A stretch of DNA of 63,736 nt, counting the filler, from Octopus bimaculoides (Eukaryota): assembly GCF_001194135.2 (NCBI RefSeq). It is 6 parts of 6 records of this genome, joined end to end, with 100 filler letters (N's around TTAATTAATTAA, not from the genome) between each part and the next. Parts side by side here need not be neighbours in the genome. Positions count along the whole stretch, not along the records: positions 39,742 to 50,133 come from NC_069007.1; 5 more parts are not named here. One strand, 5' to 3'. Shown in pieces: positions 39,959-50,233 of this stretch (the stretch's first letter is position 1; each line of letters begins with the position of its first letter). Made by a program: the position numbers and the translations under genes. The notes under the pieces were generated by a model. That model was given only the letters and a program-made list of their open reading frames with translations. It was not told where the DNA came from and searched no databases.

Positions 39959-40121
39959 ATATATAGGACTAAGCACATAAATGTAAAACAAGGAGGGAAA
40001 AATTAGTACTCGAATACTGAAGGTAGAGCAGTATGTTTTTATTACTCTTCTCAGCAACCCCTTGTGTTTCTTGCCTTGACCATTTTCCTTTTATAGAAAT
40101 AATTCCAAGAGTTTTACTTAC

Positions 40122-40214
40122 TGGACAATCTTCACACAGTTTGCCTGTGTAGTTAGAGTTCTCTTCACACTTGCAGACACCACATTTACAGGTGCCGTGG
40201 CCATTGCAGATTTT
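40122..40214 (-). CDS. ITGB: Integrin beta exon (I-EGF4): KICNGHGTCKCGVCKCEENSNYTGKLCEDCP
   Basis: Acceptor cccacag|AAA, donor CCA|gtaagt; 93 nt, phase 0/0. CEDCP is the canonical end of I-EGF4. Confidence 0.94.
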
Positions 40215-40242
40215 CTGTGGGGGGAAATAAAAAAGAAACATT

Positions 40243-40275
<33 letters not shown>

Positions 40276-41044
40276 AAAAAGGTTGAATTATATTTCATCC
40301 TTTAATTTGGAGGATTCCAAACGACGATTTCTAATATTGATTCTTCATATTTTGCTGGTAGCTTACTGGCATAAGTTTGCAAATATGAAAATAATACTTG
40401 TATATGGTGTGTTATGAGAATTTATGGAAATAATCCCATAAAACTCAACAAATTTCTTAAAAATGGAGAAGAGAAGATGTTAAAATTTCAGAGAATTTTA
40501 ATTCATGCATACAATCGTTTNNNNNNNNNNNNNNNNNNNNNNNNNNNNNNNNNNNNNNNNNNNNNNNNNNNNNNNNNNNNNNNNNNNNNNNNNNNNNNNN
40601 NNNNNNNNNNNNNNNNNNNNNNNNNNNNNNNNNNNNNNNNNNNNNNNNNNNNNNNNNNNNNNNNNNNNNNNNNNNNNNNNNNNNNNNNNNNNNNNNNNNN
40701 NNNNNNNNNNNNNNNNNNNNNNNNNNNNNNNNNNNNNNNNNNNNNNNNNNNNNNNNNNNNNNNNNNNNNNNNNNNNNNNNNNNNNNNNNNNNNNNNNNNN
40801 NNNNNNNNNNNNNNNNNNNNNNNNNNNNNNNNNNNNNNNNNNNNNNNNNNNNNNNNNNNNNNNNNNNNNNNNNNNNNNNNNNNNNNNNNNNNNNNNNNNN
40901 NNNNNNNNNNNNNNNNNNNNNNNNNNNNNNNNNNNNNNNNNNNNNNNNNNNNNNNNNNNNNNNNNNNNNNNNNNNNNNNNNNNNNNNNNNNNNNNNNNNN
41001 NNNNNNNNNNNNTGTATTAGTATGACGCTCGGGAATACGGAAAG

Positions 41045-41081
41045 TCTTTGGCGTTTCGAGCTACGCTCTTCAACAGAAAGA
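41045..41081 (-). ncRNA. Hammerhead motif family A, degenerate copy
   Basis: UCUUU CUGUUGA A GAGC-GUA-GCUC GAAAC GCC AAAGA; stems I and II are perfect, with two core substitutions. Confidence 0.6.
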
Positions 41082-41140
41082 ATACGGAGACAAGGAGAAA
41101 AACACGGAGAAAAAAAATTGAATAGTGTCCAGTCAACGGT

Positions 41141-41174
<34 letters not shown>

Positions 41175-41424
41175 TACAGAATGGGACAAGAACGCAAAAC
41201 ATCAAGACAGTTTAGGTGATACAAGAAAGGGACAAAACATCCAGATAGATGATACAAAGAAAACACGGACAGGTCATTCGGAGTTTTCTCTCTTCAGTCG
41301 AGATCTAGATTATCCTTGCAATTTCGGCTGATGCTTACATATACAACAAGGGACAGGGGTAAAAACAACAAGATTAGAAAGTTCCAGAGGCAAGAAAAGG
41401 AAAAAAAGAAACAGGAAGGCTTAC

Positions 41425-41534
41425 TTTGTTTTTGCTCAAACATGTTGCAGAACTTTTCACGCATCCGCAGTTCATTCCAGTGTATTCAGGATTGCACTCA
41501 CAGGCTCCACATTTACAAGAGCCATGAGAGGGAC
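41425..41534 (-). CDS. ITGB: Integrin beta exon (I-EGF3): G-PSHGSCKCGACECNPEYTGMNCGCVKSSATCLSKNK
   Basis: Acceptor ctctag|GT, donor AAA|gtaagc; 110 nt, phase 1/0. Confidence 0.94.
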
Positions 41535-41639
41535 CTAGAGATGATTCAGAAAAGAGAAAATATGTATAGATATGTATGTGTGTGTATAAATAAGTGCGCA
41601 CACACACACACATACACACACATGCATTAAGCATGTCTA

Positions 41640-42560
41640 GGGTTGCCTCCCTTCGACATTTTCCATTGATATGGATGAGGATAGCCGTGTGAAAAAGTGC
41701 CACACCCTAGCAGTTGAGGGAACCTGTGGAAGAGGTAGACCTAGGAAGACCTGGGATGAGGTGGTGAAGCACGACCTTCAAACTTTAGGCCTCACCGAGG
41801 CAATGACCAGTGACTGGGACCTTTGGAAATATGCAGTACGTGAGAAGACCCGGGAAGCCAAGTGAGAGCATAATCTGTGATCTCTGCCAGAAGTGTAGCC
41901 AGCTCACTTATTCATTTCTTTACTTCATTGGACACTAAAAACCCTGCTTGCGAAGACCTGTTGAGGCAAGTGAATTTGGAATTTGAAATCTGAAATCGAA
42001 ATCGAACAGAATCCGATAACTGGCACCCATGCCAACCTCTCCTTCATTGGACACTAAACTCTGCTTGCGAAGACATGTTGGGGCAAGTGAAATCGTAATT
42101 GAACCATACTCAATGACTGGCACCTGCGCCAGTGGAGCACTAACACCACAGTCCGAGTGTATTCATTGCCAGAGCAGCTGTGTAGCTTCCGTGCTAGTGG
42201 CCGTAAATAGCACCATTTGAGCGTAATCGTTACCAGCGTTGCCTTCTAGCACTTGTGCTTGTGGCACATTAGAAAATCATTCAAGTGAAGTCTTTGCCAG
42301 TGCCACTGAACTGGCTCCTGTGCAGGTGGCACATAAAAAACACCATTTTGAGCGTGGCTGTTGCCAGTACCGCGTGACTGGCCCTTGTGCCAGTGGCACG
42401 TAAAAGCACCCACTACACTCTTGGAGTGGGTGGCTTTAGGAAGGGCATCCAGCTGTGCCAAATCAGATTGGAGTCTGATGCAGCCATCTGGTTTGCCAGT
42501 CCTCAGTCAAATCGTCCAACCCATGCTAGCATGGAAAGCAGACGTTAAATGATGATGATG
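41640..42560 (+). mobile_element. RTE-clade LINE 3' end with repetitive 3' UTR and (GAT)n tail
   Basis: EGTCGRGRPRKTWDEVVKHDLQTLGLTEAMTSDWDLWKYAV* is a typical RTE C-terminus. The 3' UTR repeat recurs at 46710-46785, 49245-49548, 56570-56760 (minus) and 57555-57735. Confidence 0.8.
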
Positions 42561-43114
42561 ATATTTTAACAAACCTAAACACTGCTTGGTACAGATAATA
42601 TTGTAATATATTCATTTATTATCCTTAAACAAGAATGTTACAGGCAGTGATTTTGATGACTTTCCTGGCTGAAACTTCGAAATCACTGTCAACGACATTT
42701 TTGTTTAAGACTCTGCAAAAGTATTGAGTAACCCATCAGATTAATGTAGAATTTGTGAGGGCTTTGAGAAAGGAAAAGGCTAGGGGAATCAACCTTGACT
42801 TCAAGAAGTGGAGTCCCTTGGGGTGGTGGTGATGGTTGGGCCCCAGTACCATCTTTTATACCTTCTGACAACTTCAGGGTAGGTGGGGCTCTCAGCTCTG
42901 TAAAGCAATTCACCATGGAGAAGGCCTCTCTAATGGAAAAGAACCTTCAGCTTGCTGGTCACTGTGGTTGTGTAGGCTGACTCCCACTTTAAAATGAAGC
43001 ACAGGAAAGGAGAAAAACCCTGTTGTGTCAGAGATTGGTTTTTGCGTAACCACTTGAGGGCCCATGCCATACTTCCTTATGCGCTTTGGACATGAAAAAA
43101 AAAAACTGCCATCA

Positions 43115-43835
43115 GTAGTAGAAATAGTAGCAGTGGCGGTGGTAGTAGTAGTAGTACGGGTGTTGGTGGTGGTGGTAGTGGAAGTAGTAGAAATAGTAGC
43201 ATCATCATCATCATCAGTAGTAGTGGTGGTCGTTGTAGTATTAGCAGTAGTAGTAGTGGTGGTGATGGTAGTGGTGGTGATGGTAGTGGTGGTGATGGTA
43301 GTGGTGGTGGTGGTAGAGGTAGTAGTGGTGAAGGTAGTAGTGATGGTGATAGTAGTAGTAGTGGTGGTGGTAATAGTAGTAGTGGTGGTGGTAGAAGTAG
43401 TAGTAGTAGTAGTAGTGGTGGTGGAAGTAGTAGTAGTAGTGGTGGTGATGGTAGCAGTGGCAGTGGTAGTGGTAGTAGTGGTGGTGGAGGTAGTAGTGAT
43501 GGTGATAGTAGTAGTGGTGGTAATAGTAGTAGTAGTAGTGGTGGTAGTGGAAGTAGTAGTAGTAGTGGTGGTAGTGGAAGTAGTAGTAGTAGTGGTGGTA
43601 GTGGAAGTAGTAGTAGTGGTGGTGATAGCAGTGGCGGTGGTAGTGGTAGTAGTAGTAGTAGTAGTACTGGTGGTGGTGGTGGTGGTAGTGGAAGTAATAG
43701 TAGTAGTAGCAGTAGTAGTGGTGGTGGTGGTGATGGTAGTGGTAGCAGTGGCGGTGGTAGTGGTGAAGGTAGTAGTGATGGTGATAGTAGTAGTATTGGT
43801 GGTAATAGCAGTGGTGGTGGTAGTAGCGGTTGTAA
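43115..43835. repeat. Compound (GTA/GTG)n trinucleotide array in an integrin intron
   Basis: About 720 bp of gtagtggtg variants. Confidence 0.95.
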
Positions 43836-43846
43836 TAGTAACTTAC

Positions 43847-44004
43847 CTCCACACAGCAAGTTGTTGTAGTTTGGACAAGAGTAATCGTCACACTCGCAGA
43901 AGCGACCACTGTAGTGATAGTTCGGGTTGGATGGCATCTCTTGACATATGCAACTTCCGCAGTTGCACACACCCCGCTGGCTGCACACTGCACTGTTGTT
44001 GTCT
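43847..44004 (-). CDS. ITGB: Integrin beta exon (I-EGF2/3): P-DNNSAVCSQRGVCNCGSCICQEMPSNPNYHYSGRFCECDDYSCPNYNNLLCG-G
   Basis: Acceptor ttgcag|A, donor G|gtaagt; 158 nt, phase 2/1. CSxRGxCxCGxCxC and YSGRFCECDD motifs. Confidence 0.95.
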
Positions 44005-44114
44005 CTGCAAGAAAGGAGTGGACAGGCTTGTCTAGTTTTGATGTGAACGACGGCTGATGTCAATGACATTAGTATTGTCAAGGAGAGTGCAGAGGTGTTG
44101 GCAGTTGTGGACAT

Positions 44115-44157
44115 AGCAGGAGAGAGAGAGAGCGTCAGGGAGGGAGAGAGTGTCAGG

Positions 44158-44210
<53 letters not shown>

Positions 44211-45140
44211 GATGATTTGTGCGTAGCAGAGACAGAGGGAGGATAGAGAGAGAATGACAGAAAAGAGCACAATAGAGAGGGTAAAAGAGAAAGACAAAGT
44301 GAAGGAGAGAGAGGGAAAAGAATGAGAGAGAAAGAGAGAGAGAGGGAAAAGAATGAGAGAGAAAGAGAGAGAGAGGGAAAAGAATGAGAGAGAAAGAGAG
44401 AGAAAGAGGAAGACAAATAATGAGAAAAAAATGATGGGGTGGGGGAGAGAAAGAAAGAGACAAACAGTCAGACTGACAGAAAGAGAGAGAAAGGGAGAAG
44501 GGAGGAAGAGAGAAATAGATTGAGAAAGGTATAAGAGGAAGATAAGAAGGGGAGAGAGGGAGAGAGAGAGGGGGGGTAAACATAAAAAGACAGACAGAGA
44601 GATATACAGACAGAGACAGGCAAGCAGAGAGACAGACAAATAGAAAGAGAAATAGATAGACAGACAGAGAGAGACAAACAAAGATAGACAGGCAGACAAA
44701 GATAGACAGGTAGACAGACAGGCAAACAGACAAATATAGACAAAGATAGGCAGGCAGATAGATAGAAATAGAAAGACAATGATAGACAGGTAGACAGATA
44801 GAAAGCAATAGACAGGCAGACACACAGACACAGACAGGGAGACAGAGAGGAAGATTGATGGAGATTGACAGGCAGACAGACAGAGATAGACAAACAGAGA
44901 TAGACAGACAGAGATAGACAGACAGACAGACAGATAGATAGATAGAAAGATAGATAGACAGAGATAGATAGACAGATAGATAGACAGATAGACAGATAGA
45001 CAGATAGACAGACAGACAGACAGACAGATAGATAGACAGACAGATAGATAGACAGACAGACAGATAGACAGACAGACAGATAGACAGACAGACAGACAGA
45101 GAGATAGACAGATAGAAAGATAGATAGATAGATAGACAGT

Positions 45141-45184
<44 letters not shown>

Positions 45185-45280
45185 CAGATAGATAGATAGA
45201 CAGACAAATAGATATAGATAGGTAGATAGGTAGATAGGTTAAGAGACAGATACAAGAAGAGAAAGAGAGAGAGAGGCGTG
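44115..45280. repeat. Compound (GA)n/(GACA)n/(GATA)n array in an integrin intron
   Basis: Direct inspection. Confidence 0.95.
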
Positions 45281-45301
45281 TGAGTGATATTCCATACTTA
45301 C

Positions 45302-45438
45302 GGACGACATCTGTTAATGAGCTTATCTTCAAAGTCTTGAATGGTGCAAGAACAGTTCTGACCACTTCGGTTAGAGTCACAAGAACACTGACCACAGGTC
45401 AAATTGCCAGCAGAACTACAGAGTGGACTTTTTATCTC
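45302..45438 (-). CDS. ITGB: Integrin beta exon (I-EGF1): EIKSPLCSSAGNLTCGQCSCDSNRSGQNCSCTIQDFEDKLINRCR-P
   Basis: Acceptor ccgcag|GAG, donor CC|gtaagt; 137 nt, phase 0/2. I-EGF cysteine spacing. Confidence 0.93.
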
Positions 45439-45586
45439 CTGCGGTAATTAAATTAGACAGGTTAATTAGATTTATAGATTTGTTTGTGAGGACAGAGTGA
45501 AGTATTTAGGATAAGGAGAGTGAAGAGTCTTGTTCAAGAGACGTAAGAGTAGTTCAATATAAGTTATCCATATTACACTTATGTAC

Positions 45587-45653
<67 letters not shown>

Positions 45654-45876
45654 GATAGATAGAGAGAGAGAGAGAGGAAGAATATGAAAGAGAGCAAGTG
45701 AGTATACTTATGTCAGAGAGGGAGAGAATAGAGAAAGACACAGATATATAATGATAGGCATACAGACAGACGGACAGACAAAATGTTAAACAGATGTGTG
45801 TATAATGTATATGTGTATAGTGAGTGGGAGAGAGAGGAAGCTAGATACAGTTAGACAAAAAGACAGCGAGTTAAGC

Positions 45877-45920
<44 letters not shown>

Positions 45921-46151
45921 TAGTTTAAAAGAGTTCCAACACTGTCTGTTGGAGCCTCAAGGAGCTTTAGGTGTTTTCACTCAATAAACACTCACAACGC
46001 CCGGTCTGGGAATCGAAACCGCAGTCCTATGACCGTGAGTCCACTGCCCTAACCACTGGGCCATTGCGTTTCCACATATATATACACATATTATCACACA
46101 CATGTATATGCACACATGCACACACACACACACAGAAAAGAGGGTACTCAC

Positions 46152-46292
46152 CGGATATTTCTCACAATCGCATTCACAGATGAGTTCCATGTCTATGGAC
46201 AATGTATCATGCAGTCCAACAGGGTTGAACTTGATGCTTTGGTGCCGTGCACTGTTGCAGTCTGGTGCAGTTAACACCACTTTGAAGTCAAC
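46152..46292 (-). CDS. ITGB: Integrin beta exon (hybrid domain end): VDFKVVLTAPDCNSARHQSIKFNPVGLHDTLSIDMELICECDCEKYP
   Basis: Acceptor caacag|GTT, donor CCG|gtgagt; 141 nt, phase 0/0. PVG and ICECDC motifs. Confidence 0.93.
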
Positions 46293-46937
46293 CTGTTGAA
46301 TGAGAAGAAGACAATGGAGGACACGAAATAAGCAGGCAGGGGTCGAGACAACGATGATATAGGGACCATGAAAGGGATCAGGAAGGGAGAAATTTCGTCC
46401 GACCACTAGATTTTGAGGTTATTGTAGCACAGACATTTGTTGATGGAGGTCTGTAGCTTACTTTTTATGGCCTCGGTGACTCTCCAAGTTTTTTACCCAC
46501 AAAGCAAAATGGCCTTGATGTTGGAATTGAAGATGCAGAGTTTTGTTTTGAGATGACTTTGGAATTCCAGACTGATTGGTCAAAGACTGTTGAAAGCATA
46601 TGGGTGTAGAGTCCACAAAAGATTCCAGAGGACCCGGTGGTCATGTTAAACTGGCTAAAAGATTAAGTCTACCATCCAGGTAGGCCACAGTGGGATTTGA
46701 ACTCAGGCCAGCTCCTGTTGAACTATCCAACCCATGCCAGCATGGAAAACAGATGTTAAATTATGATAATGATGATGATGATGACAACTGAATCAAAGTG
46801 CCATGTAGTGGAATTGAAAATGAAACCATGAAGTTGCAAAGAGAAATTCTTAATGACACAACCAAACCTGGATCCAGTGGAATTGGAATGAAACAAAAAA
46901 AAAAAAAGAAAAACGAAAAATAAAGAATATTCCTTAC

Positions 46938-46989
46938 CGTTTGTGCTGGTTTAATGCCATCACAGGAATCTGAAGCTATCCATTTGGTT
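46938..46989 (-). CDS. ITGB: Integrin beta exon (hybrid domain): G-TKWIASDSCDGIKPAQT
   Basis: Acceptor cacag|A, donor ACG|gtaagg; 52 nt, phase 2/0. CDGIKPAQTV matches the integrin C-x-G-(L/I)-K-x-G-D-T-V segment. Confidence 0.88.
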
Positions 46990-47089
46990 CTGTGGTGAAG
47001 AGTAAAATGGTAAGAGTAAAGAAGACAGCAGAATGGTAAAGATGGTTGGAAGAGAAGAAATACTGTGGAAGAAGTCTAGCAACTGACCC

Positions 47090-47630
47090 TTGAGTGTGCT
47101 CTCACACTCAAGTCGATACTCCAGCATTCACTCACATGTATATGCTGCTACTCAACACTCACATGCACATACTAATCTTAAACTTAGTCCAATACAAGTG
47201 CTTTTGTCCCACACTCACATGCATCCTTACCCATCACTCACTCACATGTGTGTATTCCTACTCTCACTCACATGTATATGCTGTCACTCAACACCCACTC
47301 ACATGTATATACTAATCTTAAACTTAGTCAAATACCAGTGCTTTCATCCCATTCTCACTTATATGCATGTACCCTCACCCTTTTCTCATTCACATGTAAA
47401 TGCCAGCACTCACACTCACACGCATGCATTCTTACCTTTCACTTACCCACATGTATGTATTCCTACTCTTCACTCACATGTATATATGTATATGCTGCCA
47501 CTCAACACTCACTCACATGGATGTACTAATTTTAAACTTAGTCAAATACAAGTGCTTTTGTCCCACACTCACATGCATCTTTACCCTTCACTCACTCACA
47601 TGCATGTGTTCCTATTCTCACTTACACTGA
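47090..47630. repeat. Imperfect CA-rich tandem repeat, about 3 copies
   Basis: Anchor actaat(c/t)ttaaacttagtc at 47171, 47311 and 47525 (spacings 140 and 214). Confidence 0.85.
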
Positions 47631-47719
47631 ACCCAGAATCATGTGACTGGAAAGCGAACTTCTTATGAAATAGTTAGCCCTACACTTATGATAACATAAT
47701 GTAGAGAAGTACCCCTTAC

Positions 47720-47793
47720 CCTTTACATTTTGACATAATCGTTAAATTCAGATTCTTGTTTGGTGAAACAATTTTAACTCCTGAGGTTATGTT
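47720..47793 (-). CDS. ITGB: Integrin beta exon (hybrid domain): NITSGVKIVSPNKNLNLTIMSKCK-G
   Basis: Acceptor tttccag|AAC, donor GG|gtaagg; 74 nt, phase 0/2, matching both neighbours. Confidence 0.88.
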
Positions 47794-47999
47794 CTGGAAA
47801 TATAAGCAAAAGATAAAGACAATATGTAAAAAAAGATAAAGACAATATAAAAACAATATAAAGAACAAGTATACACAATATTGAACTCAGAATTTTGGTA
47901 AAATGAAAGAGAATTCTTACGTGAGTGTCTTTTATCGTGTTTGGTCGATTCATCAATCAAATGAATGAATGAAAGCAAAAGAGAAAGAAGAAGGATAGA

Positions 48000-48780
48000 A
48001 AGACAGACAGACAGATGGATAGAAAGACAGACAGACAGATGGATCGATCGATAGACAGACAGATGGATCAATCAGTAGACAGATGGATGGTTCGATCGAT
48101 AGACAGATGGATCAATCGATTGATAGACAGACAGATGGATAGATAGACAGATGGATCGATCGATCGATAGACAGATGGATCAATCGATTGATAGACAGAT
48201 GGATCGATCGATAGACAGACAGATGGATAGATAGACAGATGGATCGATCGATAGACAGACAGATGGATAGATAGACAGACGGATAGATAGACAGATGGAT
48301 CGATCGATAGACAGACAGATGGATGGATAGATAGACAGATGGATCGATCGATAGACAGACAGATGGATCGATCGATAGACAGACAAATGGATAGATAGAC
48401 AGATGGATCGATCGATCGATGGACAGATGGATCGATCGATCGATGGACAGATGGATGGATCGATCAATCGATAGACAGATGGATTGATCGATCAATCAAT
48501 AGACAGNNNNNNNNNNCAGATGGATCGATCGATCGATGGACAGATGGATCGATCGATCGATGGACAGATGGATGGATCGATCAATCGATAGACAGATGGA
48601 TTGATCGATCAATCAATAGACAGATGGATCGATCGATCCATTGACAGACATATAGATAGATGGATAGATTGATACATACATACATACATAGACATAGGTG
48701 GATTGATCGATAGATAGACAGATAAACGGATTGATCTATCGATAGACAGATAGACAAACAGATACAGACAGAAACACAGA
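48000..48780. repeat. Compound GATG/GATC/GATA/GACA tetranucleotide satellite
   Basis: Unit of roughly gatggatcgatcgatagacagaca, rich in ATCGAT palindromes. Confidence 0.92.
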
Positions 48781-48827
48781 AACAGACAGACAGACAAAGA
48801 GGGAAATGGTAAAGCTGGGCAACTCAC

Positions 48828-49016
48828 AGCATAGTTGTCTTTGACAATATCAGCAATTGTGTAATCCTTACTGTCCAACTTACTAACATAGGCACCAGAC
48901 AGGCTGCTTTGCAGTTTCTTGTAGAGATTCAACTGGTTCTTGCCAGCCACAGCAAAGATGACAGTCACTTTATTCTGTTCAATCACTTCAGCAAGATGTC
49001 CGACTGAGGGATAATC
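48828..49016 (-). CDS. ITGB: Integrin beta subunit, internal exon (end of beta-I/vWA domain): DYPSVGHLAEVIEQNKVTVIFAVAGKNQLNLYKKLQSSLSGAYVSKLDSKDYTIADIVKDNYA
   Basis: DYPS and IFAV are hallmark integrin beta-I motifs. Acceptor ctgcag|GAT, donor GCT|gtgagt; 189 nt, phase 0/0. Orthologue subtype not resolved. Confidence 0.95.
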
Positions 49017-49137
49017 CTGCAGAGAAATAAAGAATCGAAAGGAGAAATGTTTTGTTAACTTCTGACCACCTTCACATTATTTACATTATTTACATTCGAT
49101 GGATATTTGTCCTCATCTTGTTTGTTTGTTTGTTGTT

Positions 49138-49180
49138 AACACGTTTCGGTTGATATACCCTCCAGCCTTCATCAGGTGTC
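49138..49180 (-). ncRNA. Hammerhead motif family B, degenerate copy
   Basis: GACAC CUGAUGA A GGCUG-GAGGGUAUAU-CAACC GAAAC GUGUU; 3-nt deletion at the cleavage site and one stem II mismatch. Confidence 0.62.
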
Positions 49181-50233
49181 TTGGGGAAATTTCGAACATG
49201 GGTTCTCATTCCTAAGGTATTTTTCAATGTTATTATTATTAGGATTTTCGAGCGAGATCGTTGCCAGTGCCCCTGGACTGGCTCTTGTGCGGGTGGCACA
49301 TACAATGCACCATTTTGAGCGTGGCCGTTGCCAGTACCGCCTGACTGGCCTTCGTGCAGGTGACACGTAAAAGCACCCACTACACTCTCTGAGTGGTTGG
49401 CGTTAGGAAGGGCATCCAGCTGTAGAAACTCTGCCAGATCAGATTGGAGCCTGGTGTAGCCATCCGGTTTCACCAGTCCTCAGTCAAATAGACCAACCCA
49501 TGCTAGCATGGAAAGCGGACGTTAAACGATGTTGATGATGATGATGATTAGTGTTCAGGTTACTGCTTGGAATCGAACTCGGAATCTTGGGGTTAGTAGC
49601 CCGCACTCTTAACCACTATGCCATATGCCCGTAATTATGTAAATAATGTACAGAATTCCTCATCTCTTAAATATAGAACTGTATTATCTAATCGGTACGG
49701 AGCCGACATTCTGACCACCTTGTTTGACCATTCTGATTTGAAACGAAATCCATGCTCAGTTCCATGATACACCAGAGAGGATTCAAACTAACCAAATTCC
49801 TCACATATGACTTTGGTCAACTTGGTGCTACAGTGGAAAACCATTGCTCGAGGTGCCACGTAGAGGGATCAAGCCTACAGGCTGGTGTCATGGACTTCTT
49901 AATTATAGAGTACGGGCAGATGTGGTTCACAAGCTGACTTCACAACCATGTAGTCCTGGGTTCAAGTTCTGCTGGGCAGCACCTGGGGCAAGAGTTTTCT
50001 ACTATATCACATCAACTAATACCTTGTGGACGGATTTGGTAGATGGAAACTAAAAGAAGCCTGTCATTCATATATGCATATGTATGTATATATGTGTGTA
50101 TATATATATGTGTGTGTATATATATATGTATATNNNNNNNNNNNNNNNNNNNNNNNNNNNNNNNNNNNNNNNNNNNNTTAATTAATTAANNNNNNNNNNN
50201 NNNNNNNNNNNNNNNNNNNNNNNNNNNNNNNNN

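Noticed and set aside
41268-41300. Third hammerhead-like string on the minus strand (CUGAAGA GAG-AAAA-CUC CGAAU GAC)
   Set aside because: GAAAC and the NUH triplet are broken and there is no stem I; a single copy is not enough to call.
43077-45395. 772-aa ORF and the overlapping 323-, 250- and 407-aa ORFs
   Set aside because: Read-through of stop-free GATA/GA/GTA microsatellites. Only 43847-44004 and 45302-45438 are coding, as spliced exons with clear GT-AG sites.
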